Both the position numbers and the translations under genes were made by a program. From positions 18,414,001-18,478,000 of the forward strand of contig CM120646.1 of the NCBI GenBank assembly GCA_051362555.1: 64,000 nucleotides of DNA, read 5' to 3'. Source of the stretch: Lingula anatina (taxonomy: Eukaryota > Animalia > Brachiopoda). Shown piece by piece: positions 41,004 through 52,934 of this stretch; within the stretch, counting starts at the first letter, position 1, and each line of letters begins with the position of its first letter. The notes below the pieces were generated by a model. That model searched no databases. It was not told where the DNA came from and saw only the letters and a program-made list of their open reading frames with translations.

Positions 41004-44000
41004 TCAACCAAAGATGGTGCTAATGTCCATGTTGGGGCTACATTTCTCATTGAACACATTGTACGCCTGGTTGGTGAAAGGTAAGGTGAACTTTTTGCAA
41101 CAAATGGTGGTATTATCTGGGAAAATATGCGTGGAACTGCCTGAGAAACCATAGGCAGGTGCCGTCTTGTAGAAGGCCACAATCCGGCTTCCAGGGGGAG
41201 GAATGGTCACCCCGGCGTTCTCACACATGACTTGGCCCAAGGGTTTCAGCACACCACCATTGCTTATTTTGGTGGTCAGGGGCATGGACGAAAGTTTTAA
41301 CTTGGCCAGTCGTTCACAGTCCACTGGACATCTCTGTAGCACGTTGAAGCACTCGGGTGAGGTGCCAGGGGTCACACTGATTGAAGGCAATATCTGGCGG
41401 CGTTTCTTGGTAGTAAAGAACTGTGGATACAAGTCCGTGACCTTCTTTTTCTGGTTCCCTTCATCTACCCATACGTCGTAGTAGCCTCGTCCGTAGATGA
41501 GGTCTGGAAGTTGATAGAGCAACGGTCCTGCTTTGGTAGATCCTTTCACTTCAGCATGGAGACTGCAGAGGCATCTTAAAAGAAATGAAAAATAATGCAA
41601 TGTTAATCACCCTCAATTTCCCCTAGTGCATGTTATAAATGCCAAGAAAAAGCCGTTTAGCCGTATTCAGCTAGTTACATGCCAGTGCGTAGTAGAATAT
41701 GCATTGTTCTGTACCTACTCCCTTGCTGTAAATGGTGATCTCTGCAAACGACCATAATTTAGAATTTTTCATGAAAGGGACTGTTATACAGTTACATCTA
41801 TAAAGCACAATACTGATGCGAGCAGCCGTTGTGAAAATTCCAGCTTTTCATTTCTCAGATCCAAAAGAGAAACGAAGAAATTTAAAGCTTAGGAGTTTGA
41901 AAAATGGAAAACCAAGTTAAAACCTCTATTACGCACGAAGTCCAAAAAAGGGACGGAATTAATAGTTTTATTTACGACGATTGGAAAATCGGACGTTCTC
42001 TCTCTGTGCAGCGCAAAAATTCGGAAATGACAACAGAATCGAATTAGATTTTTCTAATCAATTTCATAAATTCATTCAATCAAATACTTTTTGCTCTTCA
42101 ATCCTGTATTTTATAGCCACATGGACAATCTTTAGGATGGTTTATCCTCAGAAAAAATATATCGCCATGTGGTGCTGGTGTATATTCTAGCTGTGTTTCA
42201 ATCACCCCTCATTGATAACAATACAGATTGGGATATTCAATGTACATGTAATAGATCGTGAATTGTTTCTAAATTTCATCCCTGTAGTGCAAGGCTTGGC
42301 TATCTAATATCTGTTTAATTTCTATTAAACTTAAGCCTCTGTGAAATAATAATAATAATAATCTTCAGGTTGCAGATATTTAATTTGCAGATATTTAGTA
42401 ATTAGGTAAAAGCTTTTATACTTTTACTGTTAGTAAGCAGTCACGGCCAAAGAGATAGCAACGAAATTATAACCATAACAATAACAAGACTCGCTTTCAA
42501 AAAGTTTTGTGACTCATTGATGTTCACAATTAAAAAAATATATTTAAAATTGTTTGAACAAATTATACCTTATTGTACCGTGTTCGTTCAGTAATTGAAC
42601 GTGATCAGAAATCGCGGACACTTCCCTTTTGCAAACCATTTTTAAAATAAAAAAAAAACTAGATGAAAATTGTTCCTTTACTTACTTTTCAGTAGGCATT
42701 CCGCTCGCCAGAGCTACAATAAATGAACAGATTAATGAAAGAACTAACCCATCAATTAATTTATTAATCAAAAGATAAAATGAAAAAGATAATACAATTT
42801 TTCCAAAAATATACCCGTCAAAATATACAGCTACGAAAACAAAAAAAAAATGATTATGATATTAAAAGTGAATTAAAAATGTTTTTTCAAAGATATATTC
42901 AACAGGACACTAAGAATTAACTGTTTACTACATTAAAACAAACATTGGTTAAAGATATCAAAGTCACGTGAACAATTTTAATTTTGCTTTACAACAGAAT
43001 GCCTGGGGAATACCAGTATAAGGATCATGGTTTTCACAAATGCATTTTCTAATTAATGCCTGTTTCAACACAAGAAAGGGCTGGATGTTTTTTTTTTTTT
43101 TCGACATATAACACATGACACTTAATTAAATAAAGAAATAAATGAATAAAAAGAGTGTAACTGTTGTAGTGGAATACAAAACACCTCGAAGAGCATTGAA
43201 ATATTGAAAACGCAAGGTAAAACTACATATTCTTTTTTTCGTGTGTTGCTAATCAAAATGATTTAAACTCAAGTACGCGTGTGCATATAATCTACTTTGC
43301 CATACCTCCATAACATTCCATTGGTTTTACAATTAAATATACATCTTCATTCGTTTCATCTAGATCATAAATCTGCACCCTCTTCACCGGTAGGTAGCGC
43401 TTATCGTCAAGATATCCTTCGTCATTTCGCCACACGCGGTCATTCATTCGACAATTACAGGTACTGTATGTAAAACGTAAAGAAATATAAAATAGTATTA
43501 CCTGTGAGATAAGATGATTATATGTCTGTCAGTTATAAGACTTATTAACTGACAAACAAAAAAGAACTCAGTCGAATTACCATTTAAAATGACTAATATG
43601 AATTACGAGAAAAATCGCCGTAAAGACTACATTCATGGACTTTGTACATATAGCAGCAACTAGATGGGTTCTACAAAAATCATCAAAAATCATCAAAAAT
43701 TATAAATATATTTCCCGAAGTCGCCATGAAATCAATGTGCCGTTTACCTTGAACCGTCACAGGAATTTTGCATTGCGCATGCGCATTTAGAGCTATTTGT
43801 CGGGGCACCTCCCCAGTTGGTCATGTTCCATCCTTGTCGGGAAACCCACCAAGTTCTCGAGTAGAAAGTTTCAGCCCCAAAACATGAAAACCGAACGAAC
43901 TGTCGACACTTGCCAGATATACGAGTTAGACTTTCAAGTTGCTGAACCGTGGGTCTGTAATCAAATGAAACGTATCGTAAAAGTTCACCTGGACCTTGAT

Positions 44001-45633
44001 AATGCTGCGTCTGTGGTACAATACCACCTGCGTGAGGCACTAAAGTGACGCCGTGGCCAGGTAAGTCATCTCTGGTTGTACAGGTAACTTGAAAGGCGTC
44101 GACTCCCCCTGCACCGTCAGGGTCAATGGTATATACACCTTCCCCGAATACGGTACCGGCATAATGGCTCAAAACGTCTTCGCAGGATTTGGGAACTAGA
44201 AGAAAATTAACGTAGCGCTTAGCAGTAACCGGAAGACAATCAGTGAGAAAAAGTAGATATCTGATTTATGAAATGATAGATACTTCAAATTACAATTTGA
44301 ATCACCAATGAAAAAGTGCCAATGCGCAAGGTTTTTTTGGTCACATTTACTGAAACAATAGACCAAACCCTACAGTGTTATCACAATAGTTATCTTTGAA
44401 TGTTCTTCTTGATTAAAATATTTTAAGTTCTCTTTTGAACAGTTTGTATTAAATGCTTGAAGGCCTATCAATACTCACTCCCGTTAGCTGCCTCGTGCTG
44501 CACTGAAATTTAAAAGAAAAACATGTTTGTAATGTTCTAACTAGTTCGATGCTTTCTGAATGGCGATGACAACGCAAGGAGGTTTATGACTATTTGCTGC
44601 CTATTTATATTGGGTTGTATGTCCACGACTAAGAACGACGCCACACAGTAAGGATTGACTAAGGCAAAACAAAACAGCTGTGAAGTTAATTAAAAGAACA
44701 CGGAAAAAAATGACGATATCATTTTCTCCAAAAATATAGCCGCCAGAATGTAGGCATACAGTTACAAACAAATAAAATAAAAAAAAAAAATTAAAAAACA
44801 AAGAAAATAAAAAAAACACACACACAAAAAAAAAAAACATTTTCAAAGATATGTTCAATAGGACAGTAAAACTGATTATTTACTTCAGCAGTACGAAAAC
44901 GTTATTTAAGAACTAATCAAGTGGGCATTTTTACTCTACAACAGGTATTTAAGGTTCGCCTTAGTTGTACATGTATTCACAGGTGCGTTTGCTAATTCAT
45001 GACTTTTTCAACATATAAAAGGGATGGGTATTTTTCTCGACATGTAACACATGATACTTTAATAAATAAATAAATAAATGAAAAGAGTCGTGGAATACAA
45101 AACATCTCGAAGAGCAATGAAATATTGAAGTCACAAGCTTATACTCGGGCGGATTGAAGCCGTCTTCTAGGTCTTCCGGACGACGGTCAGGTTTTCAAGT
45201 TTACATGACGGGTATTTAATGTCTTCTGTCAAAAGACGGTCAAAATGGATCTCTGGATCCGCCCTTGAAGAAACATATCCTTTTTTGAGTGTTTCTTAAC
45301 AAAATGATTACTAAAGTTTGTGCGTGCATATAATCTACTTTGTCATACCTCCATAACATTCCATTGGCTTCACCATCAAATAAATCTCTTCATTACTACC
45401 ATCTAGATCAATAATCTGCACCTTTTTCACCGGTAGAAAGCGCTTATCATCAAGATATCCTTCGTCATTTCGCCACACGTAGTCATTGATTTGGCAATTA
45501 CAGTTACTGCATATAGAACAAACAAAATATCAAATAGTTTTACATGAAAATTATAAGTTGTGCTTTCACATTCACTGATGATTTGCTTCCTTAATACAAT
45601 CTCAATGTGAAACAACGTAATTAAGGTGAATTA

Positions 45634-45669
<36 letters not shown>

Positions 45670-46427
45670 GTAAGCAACTACATATAAGCATCTTTTATAA
45701 GTACCATATAAGTACCAAATCCTCAAAATTGTAAGTGCGTTTCTCAGATACATCCACAAACCAAATGGTCACTTACGTGTACTTATTTGATCTGTCACAA
45801 TTATTTTGCATTCCGCATGCGCACTTAGAGCTGTTAGTCGGAGCACCTCCCCAGTTGGTCATGTCCCATCCTTGCCGGGAAACCCACCAAGATGGCGAGT
45901 CGAAATTATGAGCTTCATAACATGAAAATCGAACGAACTGTCGACATTTGCCAGATATACCCGTTAGACTTTCAAGTTGCTCTTCTGTTACTTTGTAATC
46001 AAATGAAGTGTACCGGGTATAATTTCCTGGGCCTTCATAATGCCGCGGCTGTGGCACGGTACCACCCTCATGAGGTACTAAGGTGACACCGTGGCCAGGT
46101 AAGTCATCTCTAGTAGTACAGGTGACCTGGAAGGAGTCCACTCCCCCTGCACCGTCAGGGTCGATGGTGTATACACCTTCCTTGAATACAGTACCGGAAT
46201 AATGGCTCAAAACATCCTCACAGGATCTTGGCACTACAAAAAAATTAATAACAGTTACTGTAGGGATTGCAGGTTATTCAAGATGGTATTGCATTAATTA
46301 ATGAAGTTGTTTTATTCATTGTTTGTACCAAATGCCCGCAGGCGTCTCAGTACTCACCTCCGTTACCTGCCGCGTAGTGCATAGGAATAAGAAAGAAAAT
46401 CGTGAGCAATATGTTCAAACTAGCCAT
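41004..46427 (-). CDS. Array units C+B: probable fused gene, signal-FBG-FBG-linker-Cys-rich domain, ~629 aa
   Basis: Unit C exons 46427-46358 (MASLNILLTIFFLIPMHYAAGNG), 46233-45777 and 45506-45349 have no linker or C-domain of their own. Unit B exons 44195-43748, 43463-43306, 42713-42686 and 41574-41004 are intact but lack a functional signal exon. The phase-1 donor after 45349 fits the phase-1 acceptor at 44195; total 1890 nt, open throughout. The individual exons are well supported; the fusion is inferred. Confidence 0.65.
44479..44550 (-). pseudogene. Disabled signal-peptide exon of unit B
   Basis: Aligns with the signal exons of C and E (..ISVQHEAANG). The ATG is lost (TCGAACTA[ATGGC..] in E versus TCGAACTAGTTAG in B) and two in-frame stops (TAG, TAA) are present. 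Confidence 0.8.
45144..45267. mobile_element. Short MITE-like insertion (GGGCGGAT...ATCCGCCC)
   Basis: Inverted ends. The insertion is absent from the paralogous intron position in unit B (~43210-43230), which serves as an empty site. Confidence 0.65.
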
Positions 46428-47129
46428 AAATCCAATGAGTAGCTAAATGGCGTTGGCTATGCAATGGAAATTAACTCCATTAACTGAGTTGATTACTGCT
46501 GCCCTTGATAAAGGGGTGCATATATATGCTCACGACTGAGAACGATGCCATGTGTTTTTTTTTTTTTTTCACATCAGGTGGGCTGTCTTATCGAAAAAGA
46601 AGACTGTTAAGACTGACTTAGACAACAGCAAAACAGATATGCAAACCAAGACCATTTCCACAAATAAAATAGAAGCACAACCAACTTTTTGAAGCAACCT
46701 TTAATTATTAATTACACTCCAATAAATCTTACGAACAATGACGATTTTTGCTTGGTAGAAGGCAGGGGCATTCTAAAATTGTTGCGTTTAATTTATCAAT
46801 TAATTAATTTTTGAGAGTTGCATGGCTCTGCTGTGCTATTTCATTTATGTCCAAAGTCAGAGAATGTGGCATCTAGAAGTGCTAAGTATCCCAATACTTA
46901 ATTCAGCAGTTGACAGTCACAAACTTATGTGTTCCGCCCCGCTTAATTGATATTTCGAAAAGAACTTATTTTAGGCTCTTAAAAGAAAAAAGTTTATAAA
47001 ACCGTTATTTATTTTCTTTGAAAACAACACAGTCAGACAGCTTGACTGAAAACCATGTAGAAATTGAAATCAATCGCTTATTTTGCAGTTGTCTCCCATA
47101 TTATGAACTTCATTGTCTCGTATTGTTTT

Positions 47130-47173
<44 letters not shown>

Positions 47174-48167
47174 TGAAATCTTTATGCGAACATAAAACTG
47201 TCCATAGGACGGCAACCCAAAATTTAAATCTGTATATTTGACATCATAATTCAAGTATGTAGGCTCAGACGATGATATATACATTGATTAAAGTGTAAAA
47301 CCTAAGTAATAAAGAGTGCGAAAAGCGCCACGTGTTTTCTGACCTAGTAAACTTGCAATTGGTATCGAGGAGAGGCGATCACGTTTTTGAAATATCACCA
47401 ACGGCCTGAAAAAGATTTCTGTACGCTATAAAGTAAACACTTAGAAGTTTTCTATCAGCTGTTTTCCAGCCAAATCGAATTGTCTTCCAACAAACGCGAC
47501 TTTCTTTTCTACTGCCCACGAAACAATAATCCACGGGCCTTGCACTTAGATTCGATGTTTATTCCATATCTGATCGAATAATTTAGTTTTTAATGACTGG
47601 TCTGACCGTCAGTCACATAAACCGTGATGTCTTCCTGTGCGTTAAGGAGGAAATATTAACATCAGGTACTTTTTTAGGGTTCTTACTGTATTTTAAGCCT
47701 GGAATGTAACATAAGTACTGGTAACGTTGCAGGATTATGAGGCAGAAAGTTTTGTTTTGACATTCAAACGCGTACAGTGTACCTTTGGATAATCATGGTG
47801 AATTCTTTTCGTGTTAATATCACCTTAGTTAATAAGTCATGCAAATAAATTTATAAGGGTTATAAATTAAGTTGTTGAGCTTGTACACGGAGCGTAATAT
47901 TAAAACGCTTTCAGGCTCTGAAGAAAAATTCATTTACACATCAATAAGTGCGAGATGGTACACTTTTTTTTGTCTAGTCAGTCAGTTTGTCAGTTTAGTG
48001 CACGTTAGACGTACATGTGCGATCATTCATAAAAATGCAAGAAAACTTTGGTACGAGAAAGTAACACAAACACCAATATATAATTTAAGAGCAATTTCAT
48101 ATTGCAACTGTAAACATTGCAGTTATTTCCAAATAGCATAGTCAAAATTATTCATTTCCAGTTTTTC

Positions 48168-51149
48168 TCAACCAAAGATGGTGCTGATGTCCACATTGGG
48201 GCTACATTTTTCATTGAACACGTTGAACGGCTGTCTGCTGAAAGGCAAGATGAACTCTTTGCAGCAAATGCTCGTATCATCTGGGTGGAAATACGTGGAA
48301 CTGCCAGAGGAATCACAGCCAGGCGCAGTCTTGTAGAAGGCCACAATCCGGCTTCCAGGGGGAGGAATGGTCACCCCGGCGTTCTCACACATCACTTGAC
48401 CCAAGGCCTTTTGGACGCCAGCATTCGTTATATTTGTGGACAAGGACATGGAGGCAAATTTCAATTTGGCAAGTCGTTCACAGTCCACTGGACAGTTTTG
48501 TAACACGCGGACACAGTCCGGTGATTTGTTGTGAGCCACACTGGAAGGCAATATTTGGCGGCGTATCCTGGTTTTAAAGAACTGTGGATACACGTCGGTG
48601 ACCTTCTTTTTCTGGTTGCCGTCATCTATCCATACGTCGTTGTGGCCTTGTCCATAGATGAGATCTGGGAGTTGATAGAGTAATGGACCCGCTTTTGTAG
48701 ACCCTTTCACTTCGGCGTGGAGACTGCAGAAGCACCTTAAAGAAAATATGGAAGCGCCATATTTATTACTATATCAATTCTTAACCCCATATCAAAGGGA
48801 TGTCTCACTGTACATGTACACTGTGTGTAGCTAACGCCAATGAGAAAGCTGCGAAGCCAGCATATGCCGCAAGCTAGATTATGATGAAAAAAATGACGAA
48901 TTTAAAAGTCTTGTTTATGATGGATGGGACTGTCGATGTCTTTCCCTCTGTACATCTTTGAAATTTATAATTGTAAGAGAAAATAAAAACAAACGATATC
49001 ATTAATTGACATTTGTAGTATTTTTCTTGAAATTGATGCTCTGATTTGAAATGTATAACCATATGAACAATATTTAGAGCGCTGATCAAGACGTTTCATC
49101 AGCGGAGGATATTAATAAATAAAATTACTAATTTCTTAGTGTTTTGTATTAAATTTAGAAAGTGATTGAAGGTTTTGCCGTAGTTTAGTGTATGTTATCA
49201 GGCTTGAAGCGTTTAATAAAAACATGTAGGCTGCAAATAGTTCCATTGTATCAAATGATTCTCAATCGCTAACTATCCAATGCAGGAGCGATAAATACTC
49301 CTACATTCTGCGTAAAAAAGTAAATGCAATTTATGTAAGTTAAACGTTCTTACTTTTCGGTAGGCTGTCCGCTCGTCACAACTAAAAATAAATGAATGAC
49401 TTTATTAAAAAAAATAAAATAAAAGGGAGAGAAATGATACGAAAAACAACTCTTTACAAATACCTTCGTCAGTACCTTCAAAATGGCTAATTGTCAAGGT
49501 TAAAGTACATATCCTATTTTAAAGTGTAGCTGACATGTTTAACCAACGATAGCGCACGGAATTTTGTACTTTGTGATACCTCCGTAACATTCCATCGGCT
49601 TCACCGTTAAGTATACTTCTTCATGACTGTTATCTACATCACGAACCGGTACCTGCTTCACCGGTAGATAGCGCTTATCGTCAAGATATCCCGCGTCCAC
49701 TCTCCACATTCCATCATCTCGGTGGCAGTTACACTGGTCACTGAAAGAAAGAAAACAATTCAGCTCGCCACACCGCGTCATTGATTTTGCAGTCACGTGT
49801 ACCGAATGTTGAACAAACTATAATATACAACTGACTTTGGCTGAACCCGCGCATTCTACGTGAAATTCAAGGCTGAAAATAGTTCAAACGGTCTTCTCAG
49901 TAGACCGCCTGAAATCTCCGAGCGGTTAACGCAACGTGGTCAACTATATCTTAGAAAAAAAATTATTATTCGTCTGTAACCAGATGAATCGTAAGTACGG
50001 TACTAGATTGAAAAAAAAAAATACACTAATGTGAAACGCTCCTTAATGACTAACATACGAAATATTATTGTTCCTTAGCAATGTAATCTTTTCACATTTT
50101 TGGTTAAAACCCTAGATATCTTGTCCATCAGGCATAATAACAACTGAATGAGAAAAACCAAATGAAAAACTATTTGAGATGGTGGACTACTACAAGTTTA
50201 GTAATTAGAAAACAGGACGAGGCCGTCAGTTGCGAAAATGCCAAATTCACCGCTTCTTTTGACAATTGACATTAATTTCAAACAAATAAATGGCCTGTGA
50301 AACAAGTCAAACCTGTCCCTCATTCATGCTTTGTTTCACAATTGTCTTATCAATTGTTTTATCATAATAAATAACCAATGTGTGCGTCATATTTATTAAC
50401 AAATCAATGTGTCACTTTAGGAGCATCTTACTTTGACATGTCACAGCGATTCTGTATTGCGCACCCGCATTTAGAGCTGTTAGTCGGGGCACCTCCCCAG
50501 TTGGCCATGTTCCATCCTTGTCGGGAAACCCACCAAGGGTTCGTGTGGAAATTCCAAGCATCATGACATGAAAGTTGAACGAATTGGCGACATTTACCAG
50601 ATATACGAGTTAGACTGTCAAGCTGATCTTTTGTGAGTCCGTAATCAAATGAAGCGTATTGTTGGAAAAGTCCTGGACCTTGGTAACGCTTCGGCTGTGA
50701 CACGATACCACCTGCGTGAGGCACTAAAGTGACGCCGTGGCCAGGTAAGTCGTCTCTAGTTGTACAGGTGACCTGAAACGCGTCCACTCCCCCTGCACCG
50801 TCAGGGTCGATGGTGTGCACCCCTTCCTTAAATACAGTACCTCTGTACTGACGCACAACGTCCTCGCAGGATCTGGGAACTGGAAGAAGAATGCAAGACA
50901 CTGAACCACCAAGCAGAAATTAATCGACAAAAAATCGCCGGTGAACTCTGTGACATTATTCAAACTTAAAATAACAAATTGTTTGTATTTGTAGATATTG
51001 TGAAAAAGTTGAATTTCTTTATAGATGCAATTATTTTGTGTTGCGTAAAATTTGTGCGGAATAGAATAGGCCTACATACCTCCCGTACCCACTACTGCGT
51101 TAACTGAAAGAAAACAGAAAAACAAGACCGAAATCTTCAAGCAAGCCAT
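48168..51149 (-). CDS. Array unit D: secreted FBG-like + Cys-rich domain protein, ~424 aa
   Basis: Exons 51149-51080 (MACLKISVLFFCFLSVNAVVGTG), 50879-50432, 49740-49580, 49381-49354 and 48735-48168; GT-AG junctions, open frame of 1275 nt. Confidence 0.87.
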
Positions 51150-51452
51150 ATTGACAGCGCTGGACGCTGGCTTAATCGTTACGGTAACGAGGGTTATAAA
51201 ATGCGCTATTTATGAACTAGTATTCAAATAAAGGTGCAATGCGTACACCCACAAATTGAGAACGACACATGCGTTTTATGACCCGACTGTGCAAGGTTAT
51301 CGGCAGGAAAAAAGCACCTGCAGGAAACAGACGCAGAAAATAAAAATAATCATTTAATCATTTATAAAACCGTTGTTCATTGAAATGTAATTTCAGTGAT
51401 CAGTCTTTGCAAGATACCTTATTAACCTATTAATCAACTTAATCAGTATTCT

Positions 51453-51491
<39 letters not shown>

Positions 51492-51632
51492 AAATCCCAG
51501 AGAGGTACGGCCATCGTTTCATATTTAAAAAAAAAAAAAAGATATTTGATGGGATATTTTTTACTTTCTTTCTCTAATAAAAATATCCATCGGTAGGCTC
51601 ATTTGGATAAGTAAGCAATTGTGCGTGCAGCC

Positions 51633-51915
51633 ACATGCAATGGACAATAGAAGTGTCATCCCTACTGGACCAATACTTTGGGGGAGATAAATGACTGTGG
51701 AATTAAATACTCATGGTATCATTTTATTAACATCAAATTTTACCAAAAAAAAAAAAAAAAAAAATACAATTTCATAAAAAAATAATTAAAAAATTAAAAA
51801 AAAAAACAATTCCATGGTACAGCGGTTTTACATTATAAGTAGACCAGGCATTATAACTACTCAAGATCTGCCTACTTTAATTACTCGGGTGACACTTCTA
51901 TTGTCCATTGCGTGT
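51633..51915. mobile_element. MITE-like element with ~28-bp terminal inverted repeats
   Basis: TGCAATGGACAATAGAAGTGTCATCC (51636-51661) is inverted against GGGTGACACTTCTATTGTCCATTGCG (51887-51912); the interior is AT-rich and non-coding. Confidence 0.7.
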
Positions 51916-52934
51916 ATACAATGGGAATGACATTGATGCTTATACAATGCGTGCGCATTACTGCGTCATTTATGGAAATGGAGGGACGGATAAATAGATC
52001 AATTTACGGCCAAAAATTTGAAGAATTTGGTTTATGAATTGGTATGTTGACTTTATTTTAAGAAACTTATGGTAGTGGTTGATATTTGTAAATGGGAATC
52101 CACGCTCCCTTTGTTTGTCTTTAAACCATGGAAAAGATTTATTTAACCAAGTGGACGATTAATTAAATCAATGTAATGGTAAATGGAAAGGAAGGATCAA
52201 TTATTCAATCGTGAAAACTATTTATTTATTTATTAAATCGATGGTACGATTTATAAATCGTGCCGACAGATTAAAATTATTTTTATAGGTGGACTTTTTG
52301 GGCCACCATATCATCAAGTGCTGCTTACTATAAGAGGAATGCGATGCACGTTTTGAACCTGTACATTCGATTTCCACAAAACAAATGTGTACAGGAAATA
52401 GAATTCAAGCCAAAAAGTACTGATATACACTGGTAAGTGTGCGTAAAATCCATGATGTACTACAAAGTGAGAAAGGCACCTCGTGTTTTTTGACCTCGTA
52501 ACCTAGCTATCAAGGTGAGACGTTCACGCGTGATTTAAGGGCTTGGGTTTTATGAACGTTTTGAAAAAGATCTAGACACTTAAAGAAACACTCTTGAATA
52601 AATTCTTTCTACGTTAAAAATCATAAATTCAAGTCATAAATAACTGATATTAGTATCCTATGTACGTTACATGTAATGGTATTTTTGTCAACACTGGAGA
52701 ATGATACGTTGTTTTGTCATTCTCTGAAGAAACATTTTGTTGGCAGAATAATGCGTGCAAGACCAAATTTTCCCCCGTTGTTTAGTAGATTGTGCGATTT
52801 ATGCAAAAAGATAAAGGTCAGCGCCTTTAAAAAGTAACACAAACACGGATATAAATTTTGCAAGAACTTTACTATTACAACTGTGAACATTACAGTAATT
52901 TCACAAATACCTTACACAAGGCATTTATTTCCAG

